Assembly: GCA_002722245.1 (NCBI GenBank)
Contig: PBLA01000001.1
Span: 22,292-86,291 of the forward strand
Source of the DNA: Flavobacteriales bacterium
Lineage (GTDB): Bacteria; Bacteroidota; Bacteroidia; Flavobacteriales_C; GCA-002722245
Direction of reading: 5' to 3'
Length of the DNA stretch: 64,000 nucleotides
Shown: one piece after another, positions 18,728 through 29,141 of the stretch
Layout: each line of letters begins with the position of its first letter
Position numbering within the stretch: position 1 is the stretch's first letter
Made by a program: the position numbers and the translations under genes
Notes under the pieces: model-generated
The model's database searches: none
Told to the model about the DNA's origin: nothing
What the model saw: the letters and a program-made list of their open reading frames with translations, nothing else

Positions 18728-18758
18728 AATGTAAATCCGTTATTTGATTTTAGTCCTG

Positions 18759-21700
18759 TTATTTAGACATTCTGGATTTAAACTTTCGCATGGATCGCTC
18801 TGTGCCCAACATAAACGAGTAGGGGCCTTTCTCTTTTGGACCTTTGAATTCTCTTTTATCGGGTTTTAACTCAGTAATAATTGCATTAAAGGCGGCATCA
18901 GATGAAATTACCCTCATTACTCCATTGTTATAGTCAAAGAAGTACCATGTTTCTTCGTCTATTTCAATATAGATCGTTAGTCGCTCTCGGGTTTTCTTTC
19001 TCACAAGTTCAATGTGTCCGTTCACAAACTTGTTTACTTGTTTTTTGTCTATCACTCCAATACCTATTTTGTTTCCTTGTGATTTAAAGGATTGAGTGGT
19101 TTGATCCCATTCCATTTTTACATCCGAAAACATAATGTTGTGACGAACCTCTTTGGCAACTTTTTTAAAGGCTCCGTAAAGGTTTAGTTCGGATACTAAT
19201 TTGTCTCCAAGTTCTTTTCCTGCCATTTCTCTTATGGCTTTACCGTATACTAATCGTGTATTGTCTACGGGTTCCAGTTTAGGGTTACCTAGCATATTGT
19301 CCAACATGTGTGTCCACATTTTTTCGTCGAGGAAAAAATCAACAGCAAGCGCTCCATCTACTTTTACACCATTGGTAAATGGATCATGGTTTACTACACC
19401 ATAGTTAGTGAAGTTGACTTGCCCTAGTTTTTCATTGCCAAGTTGAATTTTACCTTCACCTCGAACGGAACACATTTGCGTATTTAAGGCAACAAAATTT
19501 CCAGGGAAGTTAGATTCTCTTAATTTTTCTTTGTTAGACAGCTGGTATTCATCTTCTTTTTCGTTGTAATTTAAAAAGCCATGGGCTGAAATTAAACTGT
19601 TGTCACTATGGTATTTTTGTGGCGATAAAAATGCGGAATAGAGATGCGTGGAATCTACTTTTAGTAAAACTCCAGATCCCAATTTTGTTCCTTTTGCTTT
19701 GCCCGGAAGCCATGCTTGAATTCCTTCTTCAACAGGAATTAATACATTAGCAGGGTCAATGTCACTTTCAAATCCAATCCAAGCTTTAGCAAGCTTTTTA
19801 CAATCATGTTGTAAATAAGTGGCTCCACGGAAATTCATCCCTTTCTTGGTGGCTTCTATTTTAGAAGTTCCTTTAAAGTGGAAATGGTCACTGAGCATGA
19901 ATTTGTCATCTTCTTTAATATCACCGCTTGCTACGGTTTGGTAGGCTGAATCTACACGTACATTGTTAAAGTGAATGAGTTGCTTTTTCCCTTTTCCATC
20001 AACATATTCGTAATCTCCTTCTGCGGTGTAATCTCTTCGTGCGATAACTTTTACTTTTGCTTTTGTAATTGTGTGGTATTTTGTAGTGATATTGGCGATG
20101 ATTTTAGCGTCTTCTAAAGGCTTCATATTGGCGTTTTTTCGCACCTCAACTTCTCCATCGCTAGTAAAAACTCGTGCATCAGCTACATTGATGAATTTTA
20201 CTTCATGGGCTTTTATAATGTATTTCCGCAAATCGTAGTTGGCTTTTGGTGAGATAAAGCGCAAGGAATCTTGAGAGGGGAGTGTTGAAATAAACTCGGA
20301 CCCTGATAAATCGAGATCGTCACGACCTTCTTGTGCTCCAGCATCTGTTGTTTTCTTGGATTTCTCAGAAGAAGATAGTTCAAGTTCATACTTGTCCATA
20401 AACCATTTGAATTTATCCATGAAACAGATGTATTTATTCATAGGGAAATCAACAAAAGAAGCTCCTCCGTTTGCTAAAAATTCTCCTTCGCGTTTTATAA
20501 AATCAATTTTTGCATTTACATCGTTTGTGGCAAACGCAATACCTCCGTTTTCCCCCTCGGATGTAAGGGTGTCTGCCTTTAATTTGAAGTCGGAGGTGTC
20601 GGCATTAAAAGTCATGTTTTGAAATTCAAAAATTTGTGATTTTAAGTCGGCATTTTCAAATTCTATCCTTCCTTTTCCTGTTAATTCTTTAGGGTCGTAG
20701 CGCAAAACTCCGTGCATAAATGCTTTGTCGTCGTACATTTTCATAGGAATTTCTCGCTTAGCCATTTTGAAATAGTCGTCCGAAGAGTAATAGGCCACAT
20801 TTACTTTTTGTCCCTCTACTTTAGGGTACTCAACGCCTGATTTTTGCGGCTCAATAATGGAACTTTGGGCTGGAGCATTCATGGAATCTAAATAGAATAC
20901 AAAGGCATTTGATTTTGTGGTACTTGTGATGTATTCAAAGTCTCCGTCACCCATTAAACCTTGATTACTTAAGTTAATTTCGTTGTAAAAGGTTGCTTTT
21001 CCTCCGTAAACTGGATAACCTTCGGGTGGGGTTTTTCGCTTAAAGCCAAGAGAGTGATCAGGCATTAGTTTCAAGGGTTCTCTAAAATCAGGAAAGATGC
21101 CTCCTGAATAAAATGTTCCTGGGAAATTTAATGCCTTGTCAGAGAAGGTTCCCATACTGTCTACTGTAAAGGTGTCTAGTTGAAAATATACTTTATCAGG
21201 GTCATAGGCCTTTCCTCTGAGGTTTCGTTTGTTGTAACGGACATATGATTTTTTATCTGAATGGAAGAGGGGATATTGCGGAAAGGAATCAGAAAGAATA
21301 CCTGATTTATTAAATGGCCAGTCAATTTCCAGTTTTCCAGATATATCTTCTATGACACTTCGAACCATGGTAATAGGAACTTGTAATTTACCATCTGCTC
21401 GGGTTCGCCATTTACTCTTATCAAGCATTCCTGCTTTTAATCGTACAGAATCTAATTCGTTTAATCCTATTCCGAAATCGTCGTAGTTAAATTCAAAATT
21501 TTTACCCCAAAATTCAAAACGTTCTGATCGGATTATTCCACCAAATGACATGGCTCGGTTTCGGTGGATTTTTAGGGTTTGGTTTTCAGGAATAAAACCT
21601 GTTTTCCTTGCTCTACTTAATGCCACACCATTTACTCCACGAAGGGTGATGTCATAATTAATGAGGTTCATGCTTGCGTTGGCCTCGCCTTTAATGTCGG

Positions 21701-23414
21701 AAACGATTTCAATGTTGTCATAATCTCCTTTCTTTGATTTGGCATTCATCCATTCAAATAATCTGTCTTGAACGGTGACTATTCCTTCTTCAATATTGTA
21801 AATTAGGAATCCTTTTGCGGCTAATCGTACACAAAGTCGTTGAACAGATTGGTAGTCTTTCCGAATATAATTGGCTAAATCAGCATCTTTAAAAGTGCGT
21901 TCTTCAAAGTTTTCGTCCATTACAAATTTCTTAATACTGTATAAAGGGTGTACACTTTGTAAACCTTGCATTTGCATGAATTTGTCGTTGGAAAAGAAAC
22001 TGTTTGATTCCAATCGCATTATACCAGAACTGGATCCCGGTATCGTTAGGAAGTCCATGTAATCCTTGTCAATTTGCCATTTTAACCACTCGATTTCCAT
22101 ATCCATTCTGTGAAAGGTGTTATAATAGGGTGACGCGCCAATTCCTTTCCCTTCGCAATAGAGGGTAAGTTCTCTTTTATTTGTAAGGAATTTCAATTGA
22201 AGGGCAGGATGGAAGATAGAATCCGTGTCAAGTGCCATGGTTATTGCGGCATAACGGGTTGCAATTCTTTTGTCATCAATTTTAAAGGATTGAGATTTTG
22301 CGATGAGAAATGGCTTGCCATGTCGTTTGATGGTGATTTTAGCAAGTTTTCCATCTACGATTTTACCAATGAAGTTTTTTCCTTTGATCATGAATCCTCC
22401 TTCATAATCTAAGCTGTCTTCGATTTCTTCAATTAATACTTTACCTGAATAGGATTCAAAACGAGGATAGGTAGCATTGTTGGTATCCACATTCGCTAAA
22501 AGTTTTTCTTCTAGCTTACCTTTGAGCATGTAGTCAAAGTATTTGGTGTTTTTATAATCTACTGAATCAGCTTTGTATTTAGAGGATTTTAACTCAATTG
22601 TATACTCGCTTAATTCGGCATAAGATTGTTCCTCGGGTATTCCTGCGCGGGTCCATAATACGCGTCCACCTTTTCCTTTCCATTTTCCTGTGGTAGGATA
22701 AAACGCTCCTTTTGTATTGTATATTCTGGCGGTGTCATTTTTTGCCACGCAATACAGATCCATGCGTGGAAAAACAACTTTTGGTAAACTGTCATAATCA
22801 AATGAAAATGTTGGTGAGGTTCCCTGCCATTTTACATTTTGAGTCACGTATACAGAGTTGTATAAAAAGATATTATTACAATTTGTAAGAAATACAGTGA
22901 AATATCGCTTTTTGTCGTCAATGAGCTTATTCACAGTGATATTCCATGCGTCAAAGGAATCTTCTGATTGAAAAGTGGTGAAAAAACTGATTACGGAGTA
23001 GAGGTAAATTTTAAAATCAGGGATGGCTTTCATCCGCTTTTTTAACATCTTATTACACATCATAATAATCATTTGAATTTGGTAGTTGTTCAACTTTCCA
23101 CTTTCAAAACCATAAACAAATGTGCTGGATGCGTTTAATTTCTTGAGTCTTTTTTGATAAACTAAATTGGCAATTTTATATATTTTTTCTTCTTGTTTCG
23201 GTTTTACAAGGTCCATTGGCCAAAGTGCTCTAAATTCGGCCATGATTAAGTCTGCCTCTTCCTCACTGGTTTTTCGAATAAATCCCTCTAATTCTTCAAT
23301 GAATTGCTCTTTATCATTGGAAAATTGCTTAAATGTTTGCCCTTGAAGTCCAAAACAGCAAAGAGCAATTATTGAGGTTATTATTATTTTTTTGTAAAAG
23401 CCAGGCATAACCAA
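18759..23414 (-). CDS. very large (1551 aa) secreted or envelope protein of unknown function
   Basis: Uninterrupted ORF with N-terminal signal/anchor 'KKIIITSIIALCCFGLQGQ'. Composition is rich in K/F/D/N/G and looks beta-rich. No catalytic motif recognised. The start overlaps the prmA 3' end. Confidence 0.8.
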   Translation of the reverse strand: MVMPGFYKKIIITSIIALCCFGLQGQTFKQFSNDKEQFIEELEGFIRKTSEEEADLIMAEFRALWPMDLVKPKQEEKIYKIANLVYQKRLKKLNASSTFVYGFESGKLNNYQIQMIIMMCNKMLKKRMKAIPDFKIYLYSVISFFTTFQSEDSFDAWNITVNKLIDDKKRYFTVFLTNCNNIFLYNSVYVTQNVKWQGTSPTFSFDYDSLPKVVFPRMDLYCVAKNDTARIYNTKGAFYPTTGKWKGKGGRVLWTRAGIPEEQSYAELSEYTIELKSSKYKADSVDYKNTKYFDYMLKGKLEEKLLANVDTNNATYPRFESYSGKVLIEEIEDSLDYEGGFMIKGKNFIGKIVDGKLAKITIKRHGKPFLIAKSQSFKIDDKRIATRYAAITMALDTDSIFHPALQLKFLTNKRELTLYCEGKGIGASPYYNTFHRMDMEIEWLKWQIDKDYMDFLTIPGSSSGIMRLESNSFFSNDKFMQMQGLQSVHPLYSIKKFVMDENFEERTFKDADLANYIRKDYQSVQRLCVRLAAKGFLIYNIEEGIVTVQDRLFEWMNAKSKKGDYDNIEIVSDIKGEANASMNLINYDITLRGVNGVALSRARKTGFIPENQTLKIHRNRAMSFGGIIRSERFEFWGKNFEFNYDDFGIGLNELDSVRLKAGMLDKSKWRTRADGKLQVPITMVRSVIEDISGKLEIDWPFNKSGILSDSFPQYPLFHSDKKSYVRYNKRNLRGKAYDPDKVYFQLDTFTVDSMGTFSDKALNFPGTFYSGGIFPDFREPLKLMPDHSLGFKRKTPPEGYPVYGGKATFYNEINLSNQGLMGDGDFEYITSTTKSNAFVFYLDSMNAPAQSSIIEPQKSGVEYPKVEGQKVNVAYYSSDDYFKMAKREIPMKMYDDKAFMHGVLRYDPKELTGKGRIEFENADLKSQIFEFQNMTFNADTSDFKLKADTLTSEGENGGIAFATNDVNAKIDFIKREGEFLANGGASFVDFPMNKYICFMDKFKWFMDKYELELSSSEKSKKTTDAGAQEGRDDLDLSGSEFISTLPSQDSLRFISPKANYDLRKYIIKAHEVKFINVADARVFTSDGEVEVRKNANMKPLEDAKIIANITTKYHTITKAKVKVIARRDYTAEGDYEYVDGKGKKQLIHFNNVRVDSAYQTVASGDIKEDDKFMLSDHFHFKGTSKIEATKKGMNFRGATYLQHDCKKLAKAWIGFESDIDPANVLIPVEEGIQAWLPGKAKGTKLGSGVLLKVDSTHLYSAFLSPQKYHSDNSLISAHGFLNYNEKEDEYQLSNKEKLRESNFPGNFVALNTQMCSVRGEGKIQLGNEKLGQVNFTNYGVVNHDPFTNGVKVDGALAVDFFLDEKMWTHMLDNMLGNPKLEPVDNTRLVYGKAIREMAGKELGDKLVSELNLYGAFKKVAKEVRHNIMFSDVKMEWDQTTQSFKSQGNKIGIGVIDKKQVNKFVNGHIELVRKKTRERLTIYIEIDEETWYFFDYNNGVMRVISSDAAFNAIITELKPDKREFKGPKEKGPYSFMLGTERSMRKFKSRMSK

Positions 23415-24217
23415 TTCTCTTTATTCAGTTTATTAATAGGGGTTAAGTTGTGTTGGATTGCGCAATCTGAAATTGCGTGTTCATCAAAAAGTAAAAATCC
23501 ACTTAAAACCAATTGTCCTCCTTGTTTTAATATTCTAGCATACTCAGTCATTTGATCCATGAGTATGTTTTTATTGATGTTTGCAAAAACAACATCAAAT
23601 GAACGGTTAGAAATTTGTTCTTTTCCGCCTTTTTTTATGTTCAATTCAACATGGTTATTCTGGGCGTTTTCTATGCAATTTGCTACAGCACCCTCCTCGA
23701 TATCAATAGCCTCTACATATTGCGCTCCCATTTTTTTAGCAAGGATAGCTAATACACCAGTTCCTGTTCCCATGTCCAGAACATCTTTCCCCTTTAAGTT
23801 GATGCACTGCATATTCTGTACCATCATGTAAGTGGTTTCGTGATGCCCAGTCCCAAATGACATTTTGGGTGAAATTTTTACGTAATGCTGAGTATTGTAT
23901 TCACCGCTATGAAACGGGGCAATTATCGCACACCAATCACCTACAATAATTGGTTCAAAGGATGACTCCCAAACTTTATTCCAATTTTCACTAGGAATCT
24001 CTTCCAATATGTAGGAGAGCTTAATTTCCCCTCGATCGCTTAATGCAATGATGAATGATTCCAGTTCAGAAGTGAAATGAATTGAGGGTATGTAAGCATT
24101 AAATCCATTAGGAGTTTCCTCGAAGCTGTCACAGCCTTTTTCTCCAAGTTCATCTATAAATAGATCAACCCAGGGATCCCTGGGTTGAATATTTAATGCT
24201 ATTTTGTGATAGTTCAT
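23384..24217 (-). CDS. prmA: ribosomal protein L11 methyltransferase
   Basis: SAM motif 'VLDMGTGTGVLAI', 'SFGTGHHETT', 'ANI' PrmA pattern. Confidence 0.9.
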   Translation of the reverse strand: MNYHKIALNIQPRDPWVDLFIDELGEKGCDSFEETPNGFNAYIPSIHFTSELESFIIALSDRGEIKLSYILEEIPSENWNKVWESSFEPIIVGDWCAIIAPFHSGEYNTQHYVKISPKMSFGTGHHETTYMMVQNMQCINLKGKDVLDMGTGTGVLAILAKKMGAQYVEAIDIEEGAVANCIENAQNNHVELNIKKGGKEQISNRSFDVVFANINKNILMDQMTEYARILKQGGQLVLSGFLLFDEHAISDCAIQHNLTPINKLNKENWLCLAFTKK

Positions 24218-24978
24218 TAATTGAAAGCAGTGATGATTCCAATGAAGTCTTCTGCTTTCAGTGATGCTCCTCCAATTAAACCTCCGTCTACGTCTTTCTT
24301 TCCAAAAATTTCGGCTGCATTCGATGGCTTACATGATCCACCGTAAAGAATCGGGGTTTCATTTGCGATTCCCTCACCGTATTGTTCAGTAACACAACTT
24401 CTAATAAATGCATGCATATCTTGAGCTTGATCTGGAGAGGCTGTTAAACCTGTTCCAATTGCCCAAACCGGCTCATAAGCAATAACGACTTTAGCAAAAT
24501 CTTCTGCGCTTAAATGAAACAATTCTGCTTCAATTTGACCTCCAACGATTTTGTTTTGTTGTCCACTTTCTCTTTCCTCTTTAACTTCTCCACAGCAGTA
24601 AATAGGTGTGAGTCCTTGTGCAAGAACAGCATCAACTTTTTTTGCAATATCTGTAGAGTTTTCCCCAAAATATTCTCTTCGCTCGGAGTGTCCGATAATG
24701 ACATATCCTACACCAACGCTTTTTAACATCTCTGCTGAAATTTCTCCGGTGTAAGCACCGCTTGCCTCTTGATGAACGTTTTGTGCAGAAACATTTACCG
24801 CTGAACCTCCGGCTGCTTTAACTGCTTCGGATAAGTTTACATAAGGTGGGGATACAACCACCGTTACATCGCTTGCGTCTACTTTTGCTAATTCATTTTT
24901 TAAATCTTCAACCAACTGTACTCCTTCATTTACAGTTTTGTTCATTTTCCAGTTTCCTGCAACAATTTTACGTGCCAT
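24217..24978 (-). CDS. tpiA: triose-phosphate isomerase
   Basis: 'AGNWKMN', 'IIGHSERR', 'AYEPVWAIGTG', 'ILYGGS'. Confidence 0.95.
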   Translation of the reverse strand: MARKIVAGNWKMNKTVNEGVQLVEDLKNELAKVDASDVTVVVSPPYVNLSEAVKAAGGSAVNVSAQNVHQEASGAYTGEISAEMLKSVGVGYVIIGHSERREYFGENSTDIAKKVDAVLAQGLTPIYCCGEVKEERESGQQNKIVGGQIEAELFHLSAEDFAKVVIAYEPVWAIGTGLTASPDQAQDMHAFIRSCVTEQYGEGIANETPILYGGSCKPSNAAEIFGKKDVDGGLIGGASLKAEDFIGIITAFN

Positions 24979-24988
24979 AACTCAATTT

Positions 24989-26353
24989 TTATTTATTTAA
25001 AAAGTCTTTCTCAATATCTTCAAAGGTCGGGAAATCATAGTAATGCCATTTATCCAAAACCAAATCTTTTTTCCACAAAAATAATCCGGGACTTGCTCGA
25101 ATCATTGTTTTTAATTCTTTATCATCACAGTTGTAGAATTTTACTTTTGTTTTCATTTCTTGACGGAAGGCATCAATTTTATTTACATCGTATTCCGAAG
25201 TAAGAACTGAAAAGTAAAATGTTTGATTTTTATTGAGTGGATAGAGTTCCTGAAATTTCTTGTAATATTTTTCTCCTTTGGATGATTTGTTGAAATGCCA
25301 TCCATCATTGGCCATAGTAAACTCACCGAAAAAGCTGAGATCTCTAATTACTAACACAAAGCGATAATTGGTGTCATTTAACATGATTTGTATTTTATCC
25401 TCATCATCCTGAAAAGAATAGGCTGTGAGGTCAGTTATTTTAGGATCTTCATCTGGTTTGAAAATCATCGTGGTGTCTTTTATTAAAGTCCAGTCGTCTT
25501 TTAGCGCTTCGGGAATAGCAATTACTTTATTGGTTTGTCCTGTACTTTTTATATTAATTAGTTTAATGTTTAATTCCCCATCTACTTCTCTAAAATAAGG
25601 CTGGGTGGAATCATTTGGATTAATATATGGCTTCCAATTTTGATAATCGTCTGGGTAGTTTGCCATTTCAGCAATTGCGCCATTGGTTTTGTGCTGAAGC
25701 TTATATAAAATAAGAGGATTCCCTTTTTTTGTTTCCATTTGCTCTAAGAGATGATTGCCTATTGCATAAGCTCTGTGATCTGCATATGGAAGGTGATTGT
25801 ATGCGTAAAAGGTGAATAAAAAGAATGTTATCCAGGAGGAAAAGAGTACAATTTTATCTCCTACTGGAGTTAAAAAAGAGTTTATCTTTTTTCGAGCTAA
25901 AACAATTGGAATAATCCACACGAGAAGGTAAAGATCTTTTAAGAAGCTCGTTTTTGGCGTTAGTGGGATAAAATCTCCAAAGCATCCACATGATCTTACT
26001 AAGTCCCAATACCAACTTACAAATGTGAGGAAGGTAAAGAATATGATGAGTACTAATAGCCATAGGGCTACTCTGCGCATATTAATCCCTAATAAGGTGA
26101 GAATTCCAAGAACAATTTCAAATACAACAATGAAAATAGAGAGAGGCAAGGCGATATGCGCCATCCATTCCATGGGCACGGCAAGAAGGCCCATGCCATT
26201 TTCTGAAAGAATTTTTGCAAATACCTCAAAGTATTCTTCTAGCTTATAGGAAAATCCTAAAGCGTCATTGGCTTTAATCAATCCTGAGAATATGAATAGA
26301 CCTCCAATTTGAATTCTGCAGATCCAAACAATTATTTTGAAAATTAAGTTCAT
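24989..26353 (-). CDS. DoxX-family membrane protein with large C-terminal extracytoplasmic domain
   Basis: The N-terminal DoxX/MauE-like 4-TM region has a 'SCGCFGD' motif. Part of the conserved Bacteroidetes neighbourhood with DUF1599 and folP. Confidence 0.6.
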   Translation of the reverse strand: MNLIFKIIVWICRIQIGGLFIFSGLIKANDALGFSYKLEEYFEVFAKILSENGMGLLAVPMEWMAHIALPLSIFIVVFEIVLGILTLLGINMRRVALWLLVLIIFFTFLTFVSWYWDLVRSCGCFGDFIPLTPKTSFLKDLYLLVWIIPIVLARKKINSFLTPVGDKIVLFSSWITFFLFTFYAYNHLPYADHRAYAIGNHLLEQMETKKGNPLILYKLQHKTNGAIAEMANYPDDYQNWKPYINPNDSTQPYFREVDGELNIKLINIKSTGQTNKVIAIPEALKDDWTLIKDTTMIFKPDEDPKITDLTAYSFQDDEDKIQIMLNDTNYRFVLVIRDLSFFGEFTMANDGWHFNKSSKGEKYYKKFQELYPLNKNQTFYFSVLTSEYDVNKIDAFRQEMKTKVKFYNCDDKELKTMIRASPGLFLWKKDLVLDKWHYYDFPTFEDIEKDFLNK

Positions 26354-26408
26354 TTTTTCCTGTTTCCTCTGAATTTATAAAATCAAAGGAAATCTTTCTT
26401 TTTTTTAA

Positions 26409-26963
26409 CTAAACATTAACGCTTTTCGCTTCTCCAAGTCGAATTAACGCAAAAATGGAGTAATTAATCATATCCAAGTAATTGGCATCTAATCCTTCGC
26501 TAACGATGGTTTTACCTTCATTATCTTCAATAGATTTAACTCTAAGTAATTTCATTAAGATTAAATCGGTGAGTGAACTAACGCGCATTTCTCGCCAAGC
26601 TTCACCGTAATCATGATTTTTATTCGCCATTAAATCTTTGGCAGTTTTTAAATAACCAGCGTGAAGATTGGCTATTTTTTGTTCGTTGGTATCTTCACCA
26701 ACAGCTGCTCCTAATTCAAGTTGAATGATCGCCATTACGCAATAGTTGATTATACCAATGTATTCGGGTACAATTCCTTCTCCAACTTTTGACTCTCCCT
26801 TTTGTTCGAGTGTTCTTATTCGTTGGGCTTTAATAAAAATTTGATCCGTGAGCGAGGTGGTTCGTAGTATTCTCCAAGCGGTTCCGTAATCCTTCATTTT
26901 TTTCAAAAATAAGTCGGAACATTTAGCGATTATAACATCAAATTCTGCAGCTGTGTTGCTCAT
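26409..26963 (-). CDS. DUF1599 domain protein (tandem duplicated domain)
   Basis: Two copies of the same module: 'KMKDYGTAWRILRTTSLTDQIFIKAQRIRTLE' and 'KNHDYGEAWREMRVSSLTDLILMKLLRVKSIE'. Confidence 0.7.
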   Translation of the reverse strand: MSNTAAEFDVIIAKCSDLFLKKMKDYGTAWRILRTTSLTDQIFIKAQRIRTLEQKGESKVGEGIVPEYIGIINYCVMAIIQLELGAAVGEDTNEQKIANLHAGYLKTAKDLMANKNHDYGEAWREMRVSSLTDLILMKLLRVKSIEDNEGKTIVSEGLDANYLDMINYSIFALIRLGEAKSVNV

Positions 26964-26967
26964 TTTT

Positions 26968-26975
26968 TATTTTTG
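26968..26975 (+). promoter_or_regulatory. -7 promoter box TATTTTTG, 6 nt upstream of folP ATG
   Basis: Exact TAnnTTTG inside the 18-nt gap between the divergent DUF1599 gene (ATG 26963) and folP (ATG 26982). Confidence 0.45.
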
Positions 26976-26981
26976 CTTGAT

Positions 26982-27836
26982 ATGAACGTGAAAGATAACC
27001 CATTTTCCAAAAAGTTTTGTATTCAAATTGGAGAGAAAACAATTGATTTTTCAACACCCAAAATAATGGGCGTGTTAAATGTGACGCCAGATTCATTTTT
27101 TGATGGCGGAAAAAACAATTCTTTGGAGAATGCATTGCTGCAAGCGAAGAAAATGATTGAGGAGGGTGTAGATATAATTGATATTGGAGGCTATTCTTCA
27201 AGACCAGGTGCGGCAGAAGTATCTCTAGAGGAAGAATTAGCACGAACAGTTCCTATTGTGCGAGCGATTCATGAACGGTTTCCTGAAGTAATCCTCTCAA
27301 TTGATACGTTTAGAAAAACGGTTGCTGAAATGAATATTGATGCAGGTGCTCTTTTTGTGAATGATATTTCTGCAGGGAATTTAGATGCAGAGATGATTCC
27401 TTGGATAAAGGCTAAGCGAATTCCTTACATTGCGATGCATATGAGAGGAAATCCGCAAACCATGAAAACGCATTGTGAATATGATAATTTATTGCAGGAT
27501 GTTGTTGCTGAACTTTTAGATTCCTTAAAAGAGCTAGAGGACGACCATCCACTAATTTTAGATCCTGGTTTTGGGTTTTCCAAAACGGTGGATCAAAATT
27601 ATGAACTCATGAATAATTTGGATTGTTTTGCGAAGTTGAAGCAGCCTTTCTTAGTAGGTGTTAGTAGGAAATCTATGATTTATAAAGTGTTAAATTCTCG
27701 TCCTGAATATGCTTTAAATGGAACCACTGTTTTGAATACTGTTGGTGTTTTAAGTGGGGCAAGTGTTTTACGGGTTCATGATGTAAAAGAGGCTAAAGAA
27801 TGTGTTAATCTTTTGAATAAAGTATTGGCGTCATAA
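26982..27836 (+). CDS. folP: dihydropteroate synthase
   Basis: 'IMGVLNVTPDSFFDGG', 'DIIDIGGYSSRPGA', 'DPGFGFSKT', 'GVSRKSMI'. ATG 26982 preferred to TTG 26973, which lies in the -7 box. Confidence 0.9.
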   Translation: MNVKDNPFSKKFCIQIGEKTIDFSTPKIMGVLNVTPDSFFDGGKNNSLENALLQAKKMIEEGVDIIDIGGYSSRPGAAEVSLEEELARTVPIVRAIHERFPEVILSIDTFRKTVAEMNIDAGALFVNDISAGNLDAEMIPWIKAKRIPYIAMHMRGNPQTMKTHCEYDNLLQDVVAELLDSLKELEDDHPLILDPGFGFSKTVDQNYELMNNLDCFAKLKQPFLVGVSRKSMIYKVLNSRPEYALNGTTVLNTVGVLSGASVLRVHDVKEAKECVNLLNKVLAS

Positions 27837-27901
27837 AACTACTTTATTTCTTTTGGACGGCATCTTAAGTGCTCACAAAGGTAGGGGTAGAATCAACAAT
27901 G

Positions 27902-29068
27902 TTAGGCAATTACACCGGATCCAATTAATTCATTTTCATCGTACCATGCCGCAAATTGACCGGAAGCAATTCCTCTTTGGTTTTCGGTAAATGTCATATA
28001 AATCCCCTCTCTCGTCATGCATAAGGTAGCTTCACAAAGTGCTTGGCGATATCGTATACGACTCAAGTATTGCCGCGTTTCTCCAGGGGTCATTTTCAAA
28101 TCTTCTCTTGTCCAATGAATTTCATCAGCGGCAATAAATAATCCTTTTCTATTTAAACCAGGGTGATCATGACCTTGGCCTGCGTAAACAATGTTTTTGT
28201 GAATATCTGTTTCAATTACAAAAAGAGGTTCGATTTTACCTCCAACACCTAATCCTTTTCTTTGTCCTACTGTGAAAAAATGAGCGCCATTATGATGTCC
28301 TACAATTGTGCCTTGGTCGGGTTGATGTTGGTAGGGTGTAGTTAATTCTTTAAGGGATTGCTTCTTCTTGTTATAAATTGAGGCATTTTTAGGGATTTCA
28401 ATAATTTCTCCTTTTTTTGCTTTTAATTGTTGTTGAAGGAATTCAGGTAAATGTACTTTGCCAATAAAGCAAAGACCTTGAGAGTCTTTTTTATTTGCGG
28501 TAACCAATTTTTGCTCTTCTGCAATTTTTCGCACTTCTGATTTTTGTAAATGCCCTATTGGAAATAAAGCTTTAGCGAGTTGATTCTGTTTAAGCTGACA
28601 AAGAAAATAGCTTTGATCTTTGTTTTTGTCTTCGCCTGCTTTGAGTTGATAAATAGTTTGTTTATCTCGCTCAAAGGATGATTTTTGACAATAATGTCCC
28701 GTTGCAACATAATCTGCACCCAGTTCTAAACATTTATCTAGAAAAACATCGAATTTTATTTCTCGATTACAAAGAACATCTGGATTCGGTGTTCTTCCCT
28801 TTTCATATTCATTGAACATGTAATCAACGATACGTTCTTTGTATACCTGTGAAAAGTCAATAACTTGAAAGGGGATGTCTAATTTTTCAGCCACTAACAA
28901 AGCGTCTGTTGAGTCTTCAACCCATGGACATTCCGCTTCTAATGTTACGGAGGCATCCACCCAGTTTTTCATGAAAAGCCCGATAACTTCATATCCTTGC
29001 TCTTTCAATAAGTAGGCCGCTACACTGGAATCAACGCCACCACTTAATCCTACAACAACTCTTTTCAT
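27902..29068 (-). CDS. mnmA: tRNA 2-thiouridine(34) synthase
   Basis: PP-loop '[15 protein letters not shown]', 'NPDVLCN', 'KDQSYFL', 'DSQGLCFIG'. Start set at '[11 protein letters not shown]'. Confidence 0.93.
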   Translation of the reverse strand: MKRVVVGLSGGVDSSVAAYLLKEQGYEVIGLFMKNWVDASVTLEAECPWVEDSTDALLVAEKLDIPFQVIDFSQVYKERIVDYMFNEYEKGRTPNPDVLCNREIKFDVFLDKCLELGADYVATGHYCQKSSFERDKQTIYQLKAGEDKNKDQSYFLCQLKQNQLAKALFPIGHLQKSEVRKIAEEQKLVTANKKDSQGLCFIGKVHLPEFLQQQLKAKKGEIIEIPKNASIYNKKKQSLKELTTPYQHQPDQGTIVGHHNGAHFFTVGQRKGLGVGGKIEPLFVIETDIHKNIVYAGQGHDHPGLNRKGLFIAADEIHWTREDLKMTPGETRQYLSRIRYRQALCEATLCMTREGIYMTFTENQRGIASGQFAAWYDENELIGSGVIA

Positions 29069-29141
29069 AATGTAAAGATAGTTATTTGTGAATGGATATC
29101 CTTTTGATTCCATGAGTTAAACATTGTTTATCTTTACAGTT

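Noticed and set aside
18771-18778. Additional ATTTAGAC 8-mer (and a TTTAGAC at the prfC start, about 16953-16959) as further DtxR/MntR operator sites
   Set aside because: Both lie inside coding sequence and lack the inverted partner half-site. A single AT-rich 8-mer is expected by chance a few times in 128 kb of two-strand sequence.
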